A stretch of DNA of 44,397 nt from the IMG/VR virus record IMGVR_UViG_3300022895_000146, positions 1-44,397 of that record, one strand, 5' to 3'. Below the pieces are notes generated by a model. It was not told the DNA's origin, searched no databases, and was given only the letters and a program-made list of their open reading frames with translations. How positions within the stretch are numbered: position 1 is the stretch's first letter; each line of letters begins with the position of its first letter. The position numbers and the translations under genes are program-made. The DNA is from a virus. Lineage: Duplodnaviria > Caudoviricetes. Positions 1 through 7,890 of the stretch are shown here, piece by piece.

Positions 1-127
1 ATTACATGCCTTGGTCGAAAAATATCCAAGCCACATGTTCAAAATAGCCGGCTATCTGAAAAAAACTCAGATAGCCGGCCATTCGTTGTGCGTACCGAGA
101 AGGTGCGCTTATTTATTTCGGGCTTAC
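1..127 (+). mobile_element. Right end of an IS66-family insertion sequence (partial)
   Basis: Bases 3-47 translate YMPWSKNIQATCSK*, like the (L/Y)(L/M)PW C-terminus of IS66 TnpC. A perfect 13-bp hairpin GCCGGCTATCTGA/TCAGATAGCCGGC follows (47-79). The end reads GTAAGCCCGAAATAAATAAGCGCACC on the minus strand from 127, and IS66 IRs begin GTAA. Confidence 0.75.
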
Positions 128-450
128 ATTTCAATAACATTTCGATAAGTTTTAGGGGAGGTACCTTTCCATTTTGATTTTTTACGATCAAAATAAATAT
201 CTACCCATTGAGCAATTGTCATGTTTTCATTAAATATTATTTTTTCTCCACCATTTAAAACAGTAGCTTTTAATGCTATTAATGCTTTTTCAGCTTCGAT
301 ACTAGAGTTAAAGTTTTGTCTTGTTTTTTCTCTACGTACCCCAGTATGGTCATAAAATTTGTAACGGTAGGCATATTTCTTCTTCTTGTTTGAATCATAA
401 TACCAATAAATATTTTCCTTTTTAGTACTATTAAGTTTCTTTCTAACCAT
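124..450 (-). pseudogene. int: Tyrosine integrase, N-terminal arm-binding part only, truncated by the IS66-like element
   Basis: YAYRYKFYDHTGVRREKTRQNF..EAEKAL and MTIAQWVDIYF..K..W..T..TY match integrase arm-binding and SAM-like N-terminal regions. The stop codon is supplied by the IS end (ATG|TAA within GTAAG). Likely start ATG 450 after AGGAG. Confidence 0.8.
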
Positions 451-586
451 ATCGTCCACTTCCTATCTAACTGACCCGGACAGGTACATTGATTAGAGTT
501 TAAGGACAATTAGAACATCACTCCTTTCACAGTAATTTGAAGCAGATAACCCATATTAAACTCACTTATGAACTGTCCTATATTCA

Positions 587-1087
587 TCATCTCATATTTA
601 AAAAGGTCATATTATGCAACCTCTGCATAATATGCTTATTGTTATATTGTGTTAATCTCCTATAAGCAAAATCGTATTCTACGTTAAAGATTTGCATTAC
701 TTGCATAATCGTTTGTGCTGTATGATTATGTATCGACAATGCCTCCAACATAAAAGTAGGAATACAAGCTTGGTACATAAAATTGTTGGCCTTGTATTCT
801 TGGTACTCACGAAATAGGGGATACATATGAAATTGATCACCGATATGTAAAAGTACATGCGACAGCTCATGACAAAAATCTTGCCATTGTTGCTGTGGCG
901 ATAGGAGTTCATTAAGAAAAATATAATGCCGACCATTAATAAATAAGGCTTGGCTCTTGTCTGGCCAATAAAAAACTTTCAAGCCCATTCTAAAGGAAAC
1001 TTCTTCAAAATGCAGTAGGGTAGGATCTATAATACCCAAGCGAATATAGAACTGTTGGACATAATCTTCAAGATATGTATAGTGCAT
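587..1087 (-). CDS. immA: ImmA/IrrE-family metallo-endopeptidase (anti-repressor protease)
   Basis: HELSH zinc motif, downstream EYKANNF motif, position next to the integrase. Start adjusted to ATG 1087. Confidence 0.9.
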   Translation of the reverse strand: MHYTYLEDYVQQFYIRLGIIDPTLLHFEEVSFRMGLKVFYWPDKSQALFINGRHYIFLNELLSPQQQWQDFCHELSHVLLHIGDQFHMYPLFREYQEYKANNFMYQACIPTFMLEALSIHNHTAQTIMQVMQIFNVEYDFAYRRLTQYNNKHIMQRLHNMTFLNMR

Positions 1088-1114
1088 GTAAATCAACCCC
1101 TAAAACGATAATAG

Positions 1115-1128
1115 AGAACGTGTGTTCT
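1115..1128. promoter_or_regulatory. LexA/DinR (SOS, Cheo) box upstream of immA
   Basis: AGAACGTGTGTTCT = GAAC-N4-GTTC, about 30 bp upstream of the immA start. Confidence 0.7.
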
Positions 1129-1141
1129 ATTTAAGGATACA

Positions 1142-1168
1142 ATAAAACCCCACTTTTGGGAAGTGGAG
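1142..1168 (-). terminator. Intrinsic terminator after the 332-aa gene
   Basis: Minus strand CTCCACTT-cccaa-AAGTGGGG followed by TTTTATT. Confidence 0.6.
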
Positions 1169-2167
1169 CTAGATATTTAAACTTAATTGAATTGAGCTTA
1201 CTTCAGGGAAGTCGTCAATATTTAAAAATTCTTCTGAAATTAAATACTTCCTAATGTTATCCTTTTGTTTTTCGGACAAGGTAGGGAATTTAAAAGTTTG
1301 TTTTTCATAGGTAATTTGAATTCCTGTTTTTGAAAAATCATTAATAAACTCTCTCAGAATATCATTGATCCATAATTTAAGTTTTGTTCTATAATAGTTA
1401 GGTAGTAAATCCCAAATAGGATTAATTTTTTTGCAAATATCAAGAGTAGAGAAGGAGAAGTTATTAAAATTAATTCCTCTTCCAATGACACTTCTTAAAG
1501 TTTGTTTTATCTGCAATTTTAAAATATTTTCGGAATTCTCATCGATATTTCCAGAAATATCAGTAGGAATAATATAAAATAACTGCTCATTTTCCATAAT
1601 TGTACTATCAATTATTTTGATTGGCTTTTTATTGTTTGACTCACTTAACTTGATATAAATACCTTTTTTGTTCTGTATAATTGTAAAAATTTCATGAGGT
1701 AAAGCGTTTTTAAATATATTTTCAATGATTTTTTGTATGGATTGTAAAGTATTTTTAACTTGTAATTCTTTTTCAGGCAAAATGCCGTACATTATTTTAC
1801 CTTCTTTAAATAGAGATTTTTTAAGTCCGAAATAATCTCTTAAATAAGTGGGATTTAAAGATAGATATCCAGCAGCTTGACTTGCAGAATGATGCGAGAA
1901 ATCTAATTCGAAATCAGAGACTTTACATTCGAATAATATTATTTCGCTATCATTAGCCAGCACTATTTCTGGAGAGACTTTCTTTCTAGTTACATTTATA
2001 GTTGATAGATGATTTATATTAGCCTGTGGTAATGGAATAGCTGTTTCTATATGTCTAATTGAAAAGCCCTTATTGTAAAAGTAAGGATTAAATCCTGAAG
2101 TTTTATGGTAGGGCATACACATGTGGAGTAATAGATTTAGTTGGAATAATGGTGTAATATTATTCAT
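1169..2167 (-). CDS. Hypothetical protein with PD-(D/E)xK-like nuclease motif (putative defence protein)
   Basis: 332 aa, very AT-rich. SPEIVL..IILFECK..QAAGY resembles the PD...(D/E)xK...QxxxY pattern. Overlaps the upstream gene by 8 bp. Confidence 0.6.
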   Translation of the reverse strand: MNNITPLFQLNLLLHMCMPYHKTSGFNPYFYNKGFSIRHIETAIPLPQANINHLSTINVTRKKVSPEIVLANDSEIILFECKVSDFELDFSHHSASQAAGYLSLNPTYLRDYFGLKKSLFKEGKIMYGILPEKELQVKNTLQSIQKIIENIFKNALPHEIFTIIQNKKGIYIKLSESNNKKPIKIIDSTIMENEQLFYIIPTDISGNIDENSENILKLQIKQTLRSVIGRGINFNNFSFSTLDICKKINPIWDLLPNYYRTKLKLWINDILREFINDFSKTGIQITYEKQTFKFPTLSEKQKDNIRKYLISEEFLNIDDFPEVSSIQLSLNI

Positions 2168-3329
2168 TATGCGCCTCCGAAACTATTTCATTAAATGAAT
2201 GATCGCCAATATAAACATCGATATTTGGCTGTATATACTTTTGAATATGTGTAGTTAATCTATGGATAGTGTTTCCGCAAGTTCCATAAGGTAAATAAAC
2301 AATCATGTTTGTACAAGATATATCAATAAACAAGTTTTGCCATAAGTGCATGTCTGTTCCGTAAACATGATATCTATTTTTACCGACTACTTTTATTTCT
2401 CCAATTATTTTAAATGGATCTGCTCCTTTTGGGAAAACTGTATAAACAAATTTCTCTAATACTTCTGGTTTTATCTTTTCATTGAAATGAATAGTTATAG
2501 GGCAAGCTTTAAGAGTATAGAAGGAATCTTCAATACTTGAAGGTGTTTTTTCTAATGAAATCCATGCTTTCTTCTCTACAAATTCAGTTATATTTTTATA
2601 TTTATTAACAGTGTCTATAATTTGTTTTCGATGGTCATAAAAACTAGTTGAGCGATTTGTTACTTTACCGTTAAAATAAAAATCGTGTCCTCCAGCACCT
2701 GATTTGCTAGGAAGCCTCATAGAAGAAATTGCATGAAATAATGTTAAATAATCTCTGACTCCATTTATTTTATGGAGGATATTTTCTAATTCTTCAACAA
2801 ATGAGATAGAAGATGCTTTATGTTCGATAATTTCATCAATATAATTCCTTTTATCATAAATAAAATCGTATTCAAACCTTAATTTAGTAAATCTGTGTGG
2901 ATAATGGTATTCGACTGTTTGAGACAATAACTCATCAAATAATTTTCCAGAAATCCACATAGAGTCTATTAAAGAACTACTTTTCAAAACATGTTTTGCC
3001 AGTTGATCTGACTCGTTCGCTGGTATAGTAGTATACAAATTTGAAAACCTGGAATTAATCTCTTCTAGAAAACCAACAGCAATTGAATTCCTCGTAATTA
3101 AAAATAAACTTTCATCAATATGTGTTAAATCAATGTCTGAACCTTTTAAAATATTATTTATTGCAGTTTCTTTTTTGTGTAATGATGATAAATCTTCATT
3201 AAAAGTTTCAAAAACGTATGTCTTCAATAAAGGATTTCTCGTTTTATTGCTGTCAATTTGTTCTTTTGAATTCTGGGCATAGCTTTCGAAAAAATCAAAA
3301 ACTTCATCTCGATTTTTTATTTTTTTCAT
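2160..3329 (-). CDS. Hypothetical protein (~390 aa), first gene of an uncharacterised two-gene operon
   Basis: Long AT-rich ORF with RBS AAAGGCGG, coupled to the next gene. No domain I can name with confidence. Confidence 0.7.
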   Translation of the reverse strand: MKKIKNRDEVFDFFESYAQNSKEQIDSNKTRNPLLKTYVFETFNEDLSSLHKKETAINNILKGSDIDLTHIDESLFLITRNSIAVGFLEEINSRFSNLYTTIPANESDQLAKHVLKSSSLIDSMWISGKLFDELLSQTVEYHYPHRFTKLRFEYDFIYDKRNYIDEIIEHKASSISFVEELENILHKINGVRDYLTLFHAISSMRLPSKSGAGGHDFYFNGKVTNRSTSFYDHRKQIIDTVNKYKNITEFVEKKAWISLEKTPSSIEDSFYTLKACPITIHFNEKIKPEVLEKFVYTVFPKGADPFKIIGEIKVVGKNRYHVYGTDMHLWQNLFIDISCTNMIVYLPYGTCGNTIHRLTTHIQKYIQPNIDVYIGDHSFNEIVSEAHNE

Positions 3330-3356
3330 AATCATCCGCCTTTTATAAAAATAAAA

Positions 3357-5156
3357 GAGGCTGGGACATAACTAGCTTCAATTCATTCAAAGTCGGATTT
3401 CTCTATCTTTTATGTTTTTCCAGATAGCTTTTAGCTAATGGCTGTGAATTTTCTTAAATTCACGGCCATTAATGCGAGGCCCATCTCGTTTTCCACCTTC
3501 GATTTTCCTCGTACAGAAAATCGAGTGAAACGCAAATTAGCCTTCAAGAATCCAAAAACTGGTTCCACGTCAATTTTGCGTTGACGATAAAGGGTACTCG
3601 TTTTTTCTTCTGAAAGCTTTGCTCTCACATATTCTTTTTGTTGTTCCCACTTCTCATTCACCATTAACTTACGATTATTTCCTTCTTTTGCTTTTGTACA
3701 TAATGAACGGAGGGGGCATCCCGAACAGTCTTCACATTCATATACCTTAAACTCACGCGCGAAATCATACTTATCCGTTTTCGTGGTACGATATTTAAAT
3801 ACAAGATGTTGTTGGTTTGGGCATGTGTATCGATCATTTTCTTTATCATAATCCCAGTTCGCTGTATTGAATTCGTTTTGCTTATACGTTTTCTTCTGTT
3901 CTTTTACATACATGGTGTACGTGATTAAAGCTTCTCGCTTACGATTCAAAAGGATATCATCATAATTTTGTTCACTGCCATATCCGGCATCTGCGACGAT
4001 GTGTTTTGGTAGCTTAAAATAATGTTGTTCGATTTCATCTAAAAATGGGATTAATGTACGTGTATCCGCTGGGTTTGGAAAAATGCTGTAGGCAAGCGCA
4101 TACTGACCTTCTGTTGCCACTTGTATGTTATAACCTGCCTTCAATTGACCATTTTTCATATAGTCATCTTTCATACGCATAAATGTCGCATCCGGATCTG
4201 TTTTCGAATAACTATTTCGTTCGTCCAAGATTTCGAAGTCTCTTTGGTATTTTAGTTTGCGTTCAATATAGTCGATTAATTGTTTGCGGGCTTTCTTTGG
4301 GAATTTCCGTTCCGTTCTTAAAGCCTTTCGCTCTGCTACATCTGATGAGTCCTCAATTTTTCGATCATATTCAGCGATCACTTCATCTATTTTTTCGACC
4401 ATTTGAGCGAGGTCTTCCAATGCTAATTCCTTTTCATTTTCCCGTTCAATTTCTGGGATGATTTCTTTTTCAAGTAGTTCATCGTATAGCTGGTTTGACT
4501 TTTCAATTAGTCCGTTATGATATTTCTCAATCGACTTTTTCCACACGAATGTAAATTTGTTCGCATTCGCTTCAATCTTAGTTCCGTCGATAAAAATAGC
4601 TTCATTCTCAATCAGCTTTTCTTGCACAAGCTGACAACGAAATTGGACAAAACATTGGCGTATTAATTCCTTTACCGCTGGATGAACACGAAAACGATTA
4701 ATTGTTCGATAGCTCGGTTCATAACCTTGAGCTAACCACATCATCCGAAGACTATCTTTTAAAAGTCCTTCAATTTTGCGCCCTGAGAAGACAGATTGCG
4801 TGTAGGCACATAAGATAATTTTAAGCATCATGCGTGGATGGTAGGCAGGACAGCCCTCATTTCGAAGGAATGGTTCAAACGCTTCGGGCGGGATACTTTC
4901 GACTAAATGGTGGATATGGAAGGCAATATCATTCTTTTGTAACTTCACTTCTAAATCTAAAGGCAAAACTAGTTGATTCATGTTATAATCTTTAAACATA
5001 AGGATCCTTCTTTCGTATAAAAGTTTTGTTGTGGTGACTTAATTTTATCAGAAGTGGTCCTTATTTTTTATGAAAAAAATTTAAAACCGGTGAAATTTTA
5101 CTGATCGTAAAATTTCACCGGCTTTTTAGTTTAGAGGAGGGTTTTGTCCCAGCCTC
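3357..5156 (-). mobile_element. IS1182-family insertion sequence
   Basis: Terminal IRs GAGGCTGGGACATAAC (3357-3372) and GTTTTGTCCCAGCCTC (5141-5156), 15/16 match, enclosing one transposase. No clear target duplication. Confidence 0.9.
3431..4999 (-). CDS. IS1182-family DDE transposase
   Basis: 522 aa with YHPRMMLK, FIDGTKIEANAN, TDPDATFMRMK, ADAGYGSE and VEPVFG motifs. Confidence 0.95.
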   Translation of the reverse strand: MFKDYNMNQLVLPLDLEVKLQKNDIAFHIHHLVESIPPEAFEPFLRNEGCPAYHPRMMLKIILCAYTQSVFSGRKIEGLLKDSLRMMWLAQGYEPSYRTINRFRVHPAVKELIRQCFVQFRCQLVQEKLIENEAIFIDGTKIEANANKFTFVWKKSIEKYHNGLIEKSNQLYDELLEKEIIPEIERENEKELALEDLAQMVEKIDEVIAEYDRKIEDSSDVAERKALRTERKFPKKARKQLIDYIERKLKYQRDFEILDERNSYSKTDPDATFMRMKDDYMKNGQLKAGYNIQVATEGQYALAYSIFPNPADTRTLIPFLDEIEQHYFKLPKHIVADAGYGSEQNYDDILLNRKREALITYTMYVKEQKKTYKQNEFNTANWDYDKENDRYTCPNQQHLVFKYRTTKTDKYDFAREFKVYECEDCSGCPLRSLCTKAKEGNNRKLMVNEKWEQQKEYVRAKLSEEKTSTLYRQRKIDVEPVFGFLKANLRFTRFSVRGKSKVENEMGLALMAVNLRKFTAIS

Positions 5157-5240
5157 TAGAACATGCGCTCAGTTGCGCGGAGTGCTAAGACTCAAATGTT
5201 CTAAACGCTCAGTTGCGTGGTGCGTAAAGCACTATTAATA
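5157..5240 (-). ncRNA. Putative small structured RNA with two ~29-nt double-hairpin repeats
   Basis: Units 5205-5232 and 5165-5193 share CGCAACTGAGCG and show compensatory stem changes. They have their own promoter and a closing stem TAGAACAT/ATGTTCTA. Confidence 0.6.
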
Positions 5241-5245
5241 CCCCG

Positions 5246-5274
5246 ATTATAAAATGAGTTGCTCTGATTTTCAA
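5246..5274 (-). promoter_or_regulatory. Sigma-A promoter driving the repeat RNA
   Basis: Minus strand TTGAAA (5274-5269), 17 bp, TATAAT (5251-5246), directly after the stop of the MazF-like gene. Confidence 0.75.
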
Positions 5275-5280
5275 GCAAAA

Positions 5281-5988
5281 TTACTCTAAAATTATTTTTT
5301 CAAGTACTTTTTCGGCTAACTGTTTTTCCAAAAGTTCAATTTTCTTCTCTAATTGACTCACTTTTATTTTTTCATCTGCTAAATCTTTATCTAATTTTTT
5401 GACTTCTACATGCTTTTGAGGTAAGAAGTATTCTAGAATTAGTTCGTCAATAGTATCCAATACATAATCTGGAAGTTTAACAGACTTATTCTTGATTTTA
5501 TGTTGATAATGAACCCTGTCTTTGTGAATCATGAGTAACTCATCAAGTGCAATTGCACAATCGTGCTTTAACCCTTCTGTTTGACCGACATCAATATGTA
5601 GTTTATTGGCATTACCATGTAGACCTGTTGAAATTGGAGCTACTAATATTTGCCCTTGATGATTATCATACAAAACTACTGCTGGGTGAAGAAATGTTAA
5701 CTCTCTATTGAAATGACCAAATAACTCAACTTCAACAATGTGACCTCTTTTTAAATTACTTCTAAATGGTCTAGCTATGGATTTGTTTAAAGAGCGTATA
5801 TATCGATCGAAGCCGAATAACCACCTAATTGAATATTGTTGATTTTTGTGAAGCAATGCTTTGAATAATTGATTTTGTGTATTTTGTATGTCAATAATTA
5901 AATCGGCATCATTAAAAGTTTTAGGTATATTTGATTGACTTAATGACTTAAAGTTTTGTAATTTTGCTTTATATTTATTAGTATCCAT
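5281..5988 (-). CDS. PemK/MazF-like endoribonuclease with N-terminal extension and C-terminal coiled coil
   Basis: KRGHIVEVELFGHFNRELTFLHPAVVL..ILVAPIST parallels the MazF KRGD..E...RP.LV..V..IT core. RBS GGAGG. Confidence 0.75.
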   Translation of the reverse strand: MDTNKYKAKLQNFKSLSQSNIPKTFNDADLIIDIQNTQNQLFKALLHKNQQYSIRWLFGFDRYIRSLNKSIARPFRSNLKRGHIVEVELFGHFNRELTFLHPAVVLYDNHQGQILVAPISTGLHGNANKLHIDVGQTEGLKHDCAIALDELLMIHKDRVHYQHKIKNKSVKLPDYVLDTIDELILEYFLPQKHVEVKKLDKDLADEKIKVSQLEKKIELLEKQLAEKVLEKIILE

Positions 5989-6230
5989 TGTAATCCTCCA
6001 TATTATCTATAGTTCTGAATATTTAAATGGGCAGCATCTTTTACTCAAGGTGAAGTGAATACATAATTAACTAGTAGAGTTAGTGTCTGCGACAATAGAC
6101 ATTGCTTACGTTTATGGAAATATAACTTATTATGATAATAGTAATGTAATATCCAGTGTAAATATAACTATACAAATTACAAAAAAATAATATAACATAA
6201 ATAAGTAATATTTCCAGTAATGGTGTTATT

Positions 6231-6258
6231 AAAGGACATGAAATTATCATGTCCTTTT
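6231..6258. terminator. Hairpin, probable terminator
   Basis: AAAGGACATGA-aatta-TCATGTCCTTT followed by a T run. Confidence 0.55.
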
Positions 6259-6730
6259 TAGATTAATATTCAACTAAATTTAGGGTGCTGGGCGCTCGTG
6301 GGTATATTATTGTTTCCTTACTCAATACCTATGCGTTGCACCTTCTGACTACGTAAAAGGATTCGTCAGCTTGGCTCAAAGTTGCCATAGCAATTGCCTT
6401 AGGTTTCCTTTGAATTCACCCAGTACTTCCTCTATAATTACTTATAAAGAGGGCATTGTTATACCAACTGCGCTGTTTTCAAATGCAGATGCAACTCGAT
6501 TTGCTGTGTCGTATAATTCATTGTTCGCAAGAGATGACATATGGTTTCCTAAGAATTTATCCATAGCGTCACCCTCTTTTTTGTAATCTACAACACCTGA
6601 AATAGATCTATCAGCAAGTGCTTTAGAAACAATCAATTTGTTACCAGGACCGTTTTTTATCGGTCCTTTCTTTATGTTTCCATAAAGTTCAGCATATGTG
6701 TTCACCCTAAACAATAACACCTATTAATAA

Positions 6731-7093
6731 CTATACTTCCTTATTTTCCTTCAAAATTTCCCACATCTTACGCAGCTTCTCCAAATCCTCTTCCTTCGAC
6801 TTCGGCAACTCCTTGTACCATTTTTGCAGGGTAGGGTTGTTGGCGAAAGCCTGGAACTCAGCTTCGTCTTTTTCTTGTTGAGAAAGTTGTCCAGGTTCAT
6901 CTGTATTACCAAGTAAATAATCGGTTGTTACATTGAAATAGCTCGCTATTTTTTGTAGTAATTTAAAATCAGGCTCTCTTTTCCCAGTTTCATATTTGGA
7001 TAATGCAGAATATGTAATGCCCAATGAATTAGCTAAATGTTCTCGACTAATATTTTCTTGTTCTCTCATCTTTTTTAACCGTTCATGAAACAT
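6731..7093 (-). CDS. Xre-family (ImmR/CI-like) prophage repressor
   Basis: HTH_3 motif SREHLANSLGITYSALSKYETGKREPD..VTTDYLLG, divergent from a Cro-like gene. Confidence 0.9.
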   Translation of the reverse strand: MFHERLKKMREQENISREHLANSLGITYSALSKYETGKREPDFKLLQKIASYFNVTTDYLLGNTDEPGQLSQQEKDEAEFQAFANNPTLQKWYKELPKSKEEDLEKLRKMWEILKENKEV

Positions 7094-7132
7094 TAGAGCC
7101 CTCCTTTATGTATTTTATTAATTAATTTTATT

Positions 7133-7237
7133 TTACACTCATTGTCCAATAAATAATTTATTTTGGACAAAACGTGTAAAAATATTTGACTTTAGACGAA
7201 GTGTCTATTATATTTAATTCAAGGACAAATTGTCCAA
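7133..7237. promoter_or_regulatory. Genetic switch: four 17-bp operators and the lytic promoter
   Basis: Imperfect palindromes TTGGAC-N5-GTCCAA at 7133-7149, 7163-7179, 7192-7208 and 7221-7237. Promoter TTGACT(7186)-17 bp-TATATT(7209); operator 3 exactly fills the spacer. Confidence 0.75.
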
Positions 7238-7255
7238 AATGAAAGAGGTGAGAGG

Positions 7256-7492
7256 ATGCGAGTTTATTTGAAAGAACTTCGCATGAATAAAAATTTAAGC
7301 GTAGAACAAATGGCCCGACTATTAGATATTTCACAGTCACACTATTATAAAATAGAAAGTGGTGTTAGAAATCCTAATTTTGTACTTGCTGGAAAAATAG
7401 CATCTCTATTTGACTGTAGTGTGGATGAAATTTTTTTCGGGAACGAATTGGACAAAACGTCCAATTTTTATGGAGCCAAAAGCGTAATTTAG
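7256..7492 (+). CDS. Cro-like HTH regulator
   Basis: Short HTH_3 protein (QMARLLDISQSHYYKIESGVRNP), first lytic gene. Confidence 0.85.
   Translation: MRVYLKELRMNKNLSVEQMARLLDISQSHYYKIESGVRNPNFVLAGKIASLFDCSVDEIFFGNELDKTSNFYGAKSVI
7448..7464. promoter_or_regulatory. Fifth operator, inside the 3' end of cro
   Basis: Perfect TTGGAC-aaaac-GTCCAA. Confidence 0.65.
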
Positions 7493-7617
7493 ATTTTGTA
7501 TTTTATCCGTCCTCATAGCTCACGAAGCGGTAGCAACGCTAATCCACGAGGAAGAGGTGAGAATGTAATTTTGAAATTTTAGTTTTTTGTTACTAGGTAT
7601 CTAAAGAGAAAGGGGGT

Positions 7618-7890
7618 GTGAGCATGACTAAATCAAAGCGTAAAAAGAAACGCAAAGATCCGTTTCCTTCACAGCAATTTCGAAACCTTAAAGGTTCTAA
7701 ACGCGAACGAATGATTGCTGAACGAAAAGCCAAGGGTTTTTCACAGGGACAACTCGGAAAATTAATTGGTTGTTCAACTGCTCTGATTAGTCATTTAGAG
7801 GTTGGACGAGCTAATCCAAATATAGAGCTTTCAATGCAGCTAGAACAGGTTCTAGAAACACCATTTTTTGAATTGTTCCCAGACTTATAA
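7618..7890 (+). CDS. Xre-family HTH protein
   Basis: FSQGQLGKLIGCSTALISHLEVGRANP. Confidence 0.85.
   Translation: MSMTKSKRKKKRKDPFPSQQFRNLKGSKRERMIAERKAKGFSQGQLGKLIGCSTALISHLEVGRANPNIELSMQLEQVLETPFFELFPDL

Noticed and set aside
1-30. ATTACATGCC as a groEL-type attachment core
   Set aside because: It reads better as the IS66 transposase C-terminus, and no second copy was seen at the right end.
5083-5127. Long hairpin CCGGTGAAATTTTAC/GTAAAATTTCACCGG
   Set aside because: Lies inside the IS1182 ends, so it belongs to the IS and not to the repeat RNA.
5157-5240. Mini CRISPR array
   Set aside because: Only two diverged units with an 11-nt gap and no cas genes; the pattern fits a structured RNA, not repeat-spacer.
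6442-6720. 92-aa ORF as given in the track
   Set aside because: Its 5' half crosses a terminator-like hairpin (6647-6668); only the part from ATG 6564 has an RBS.
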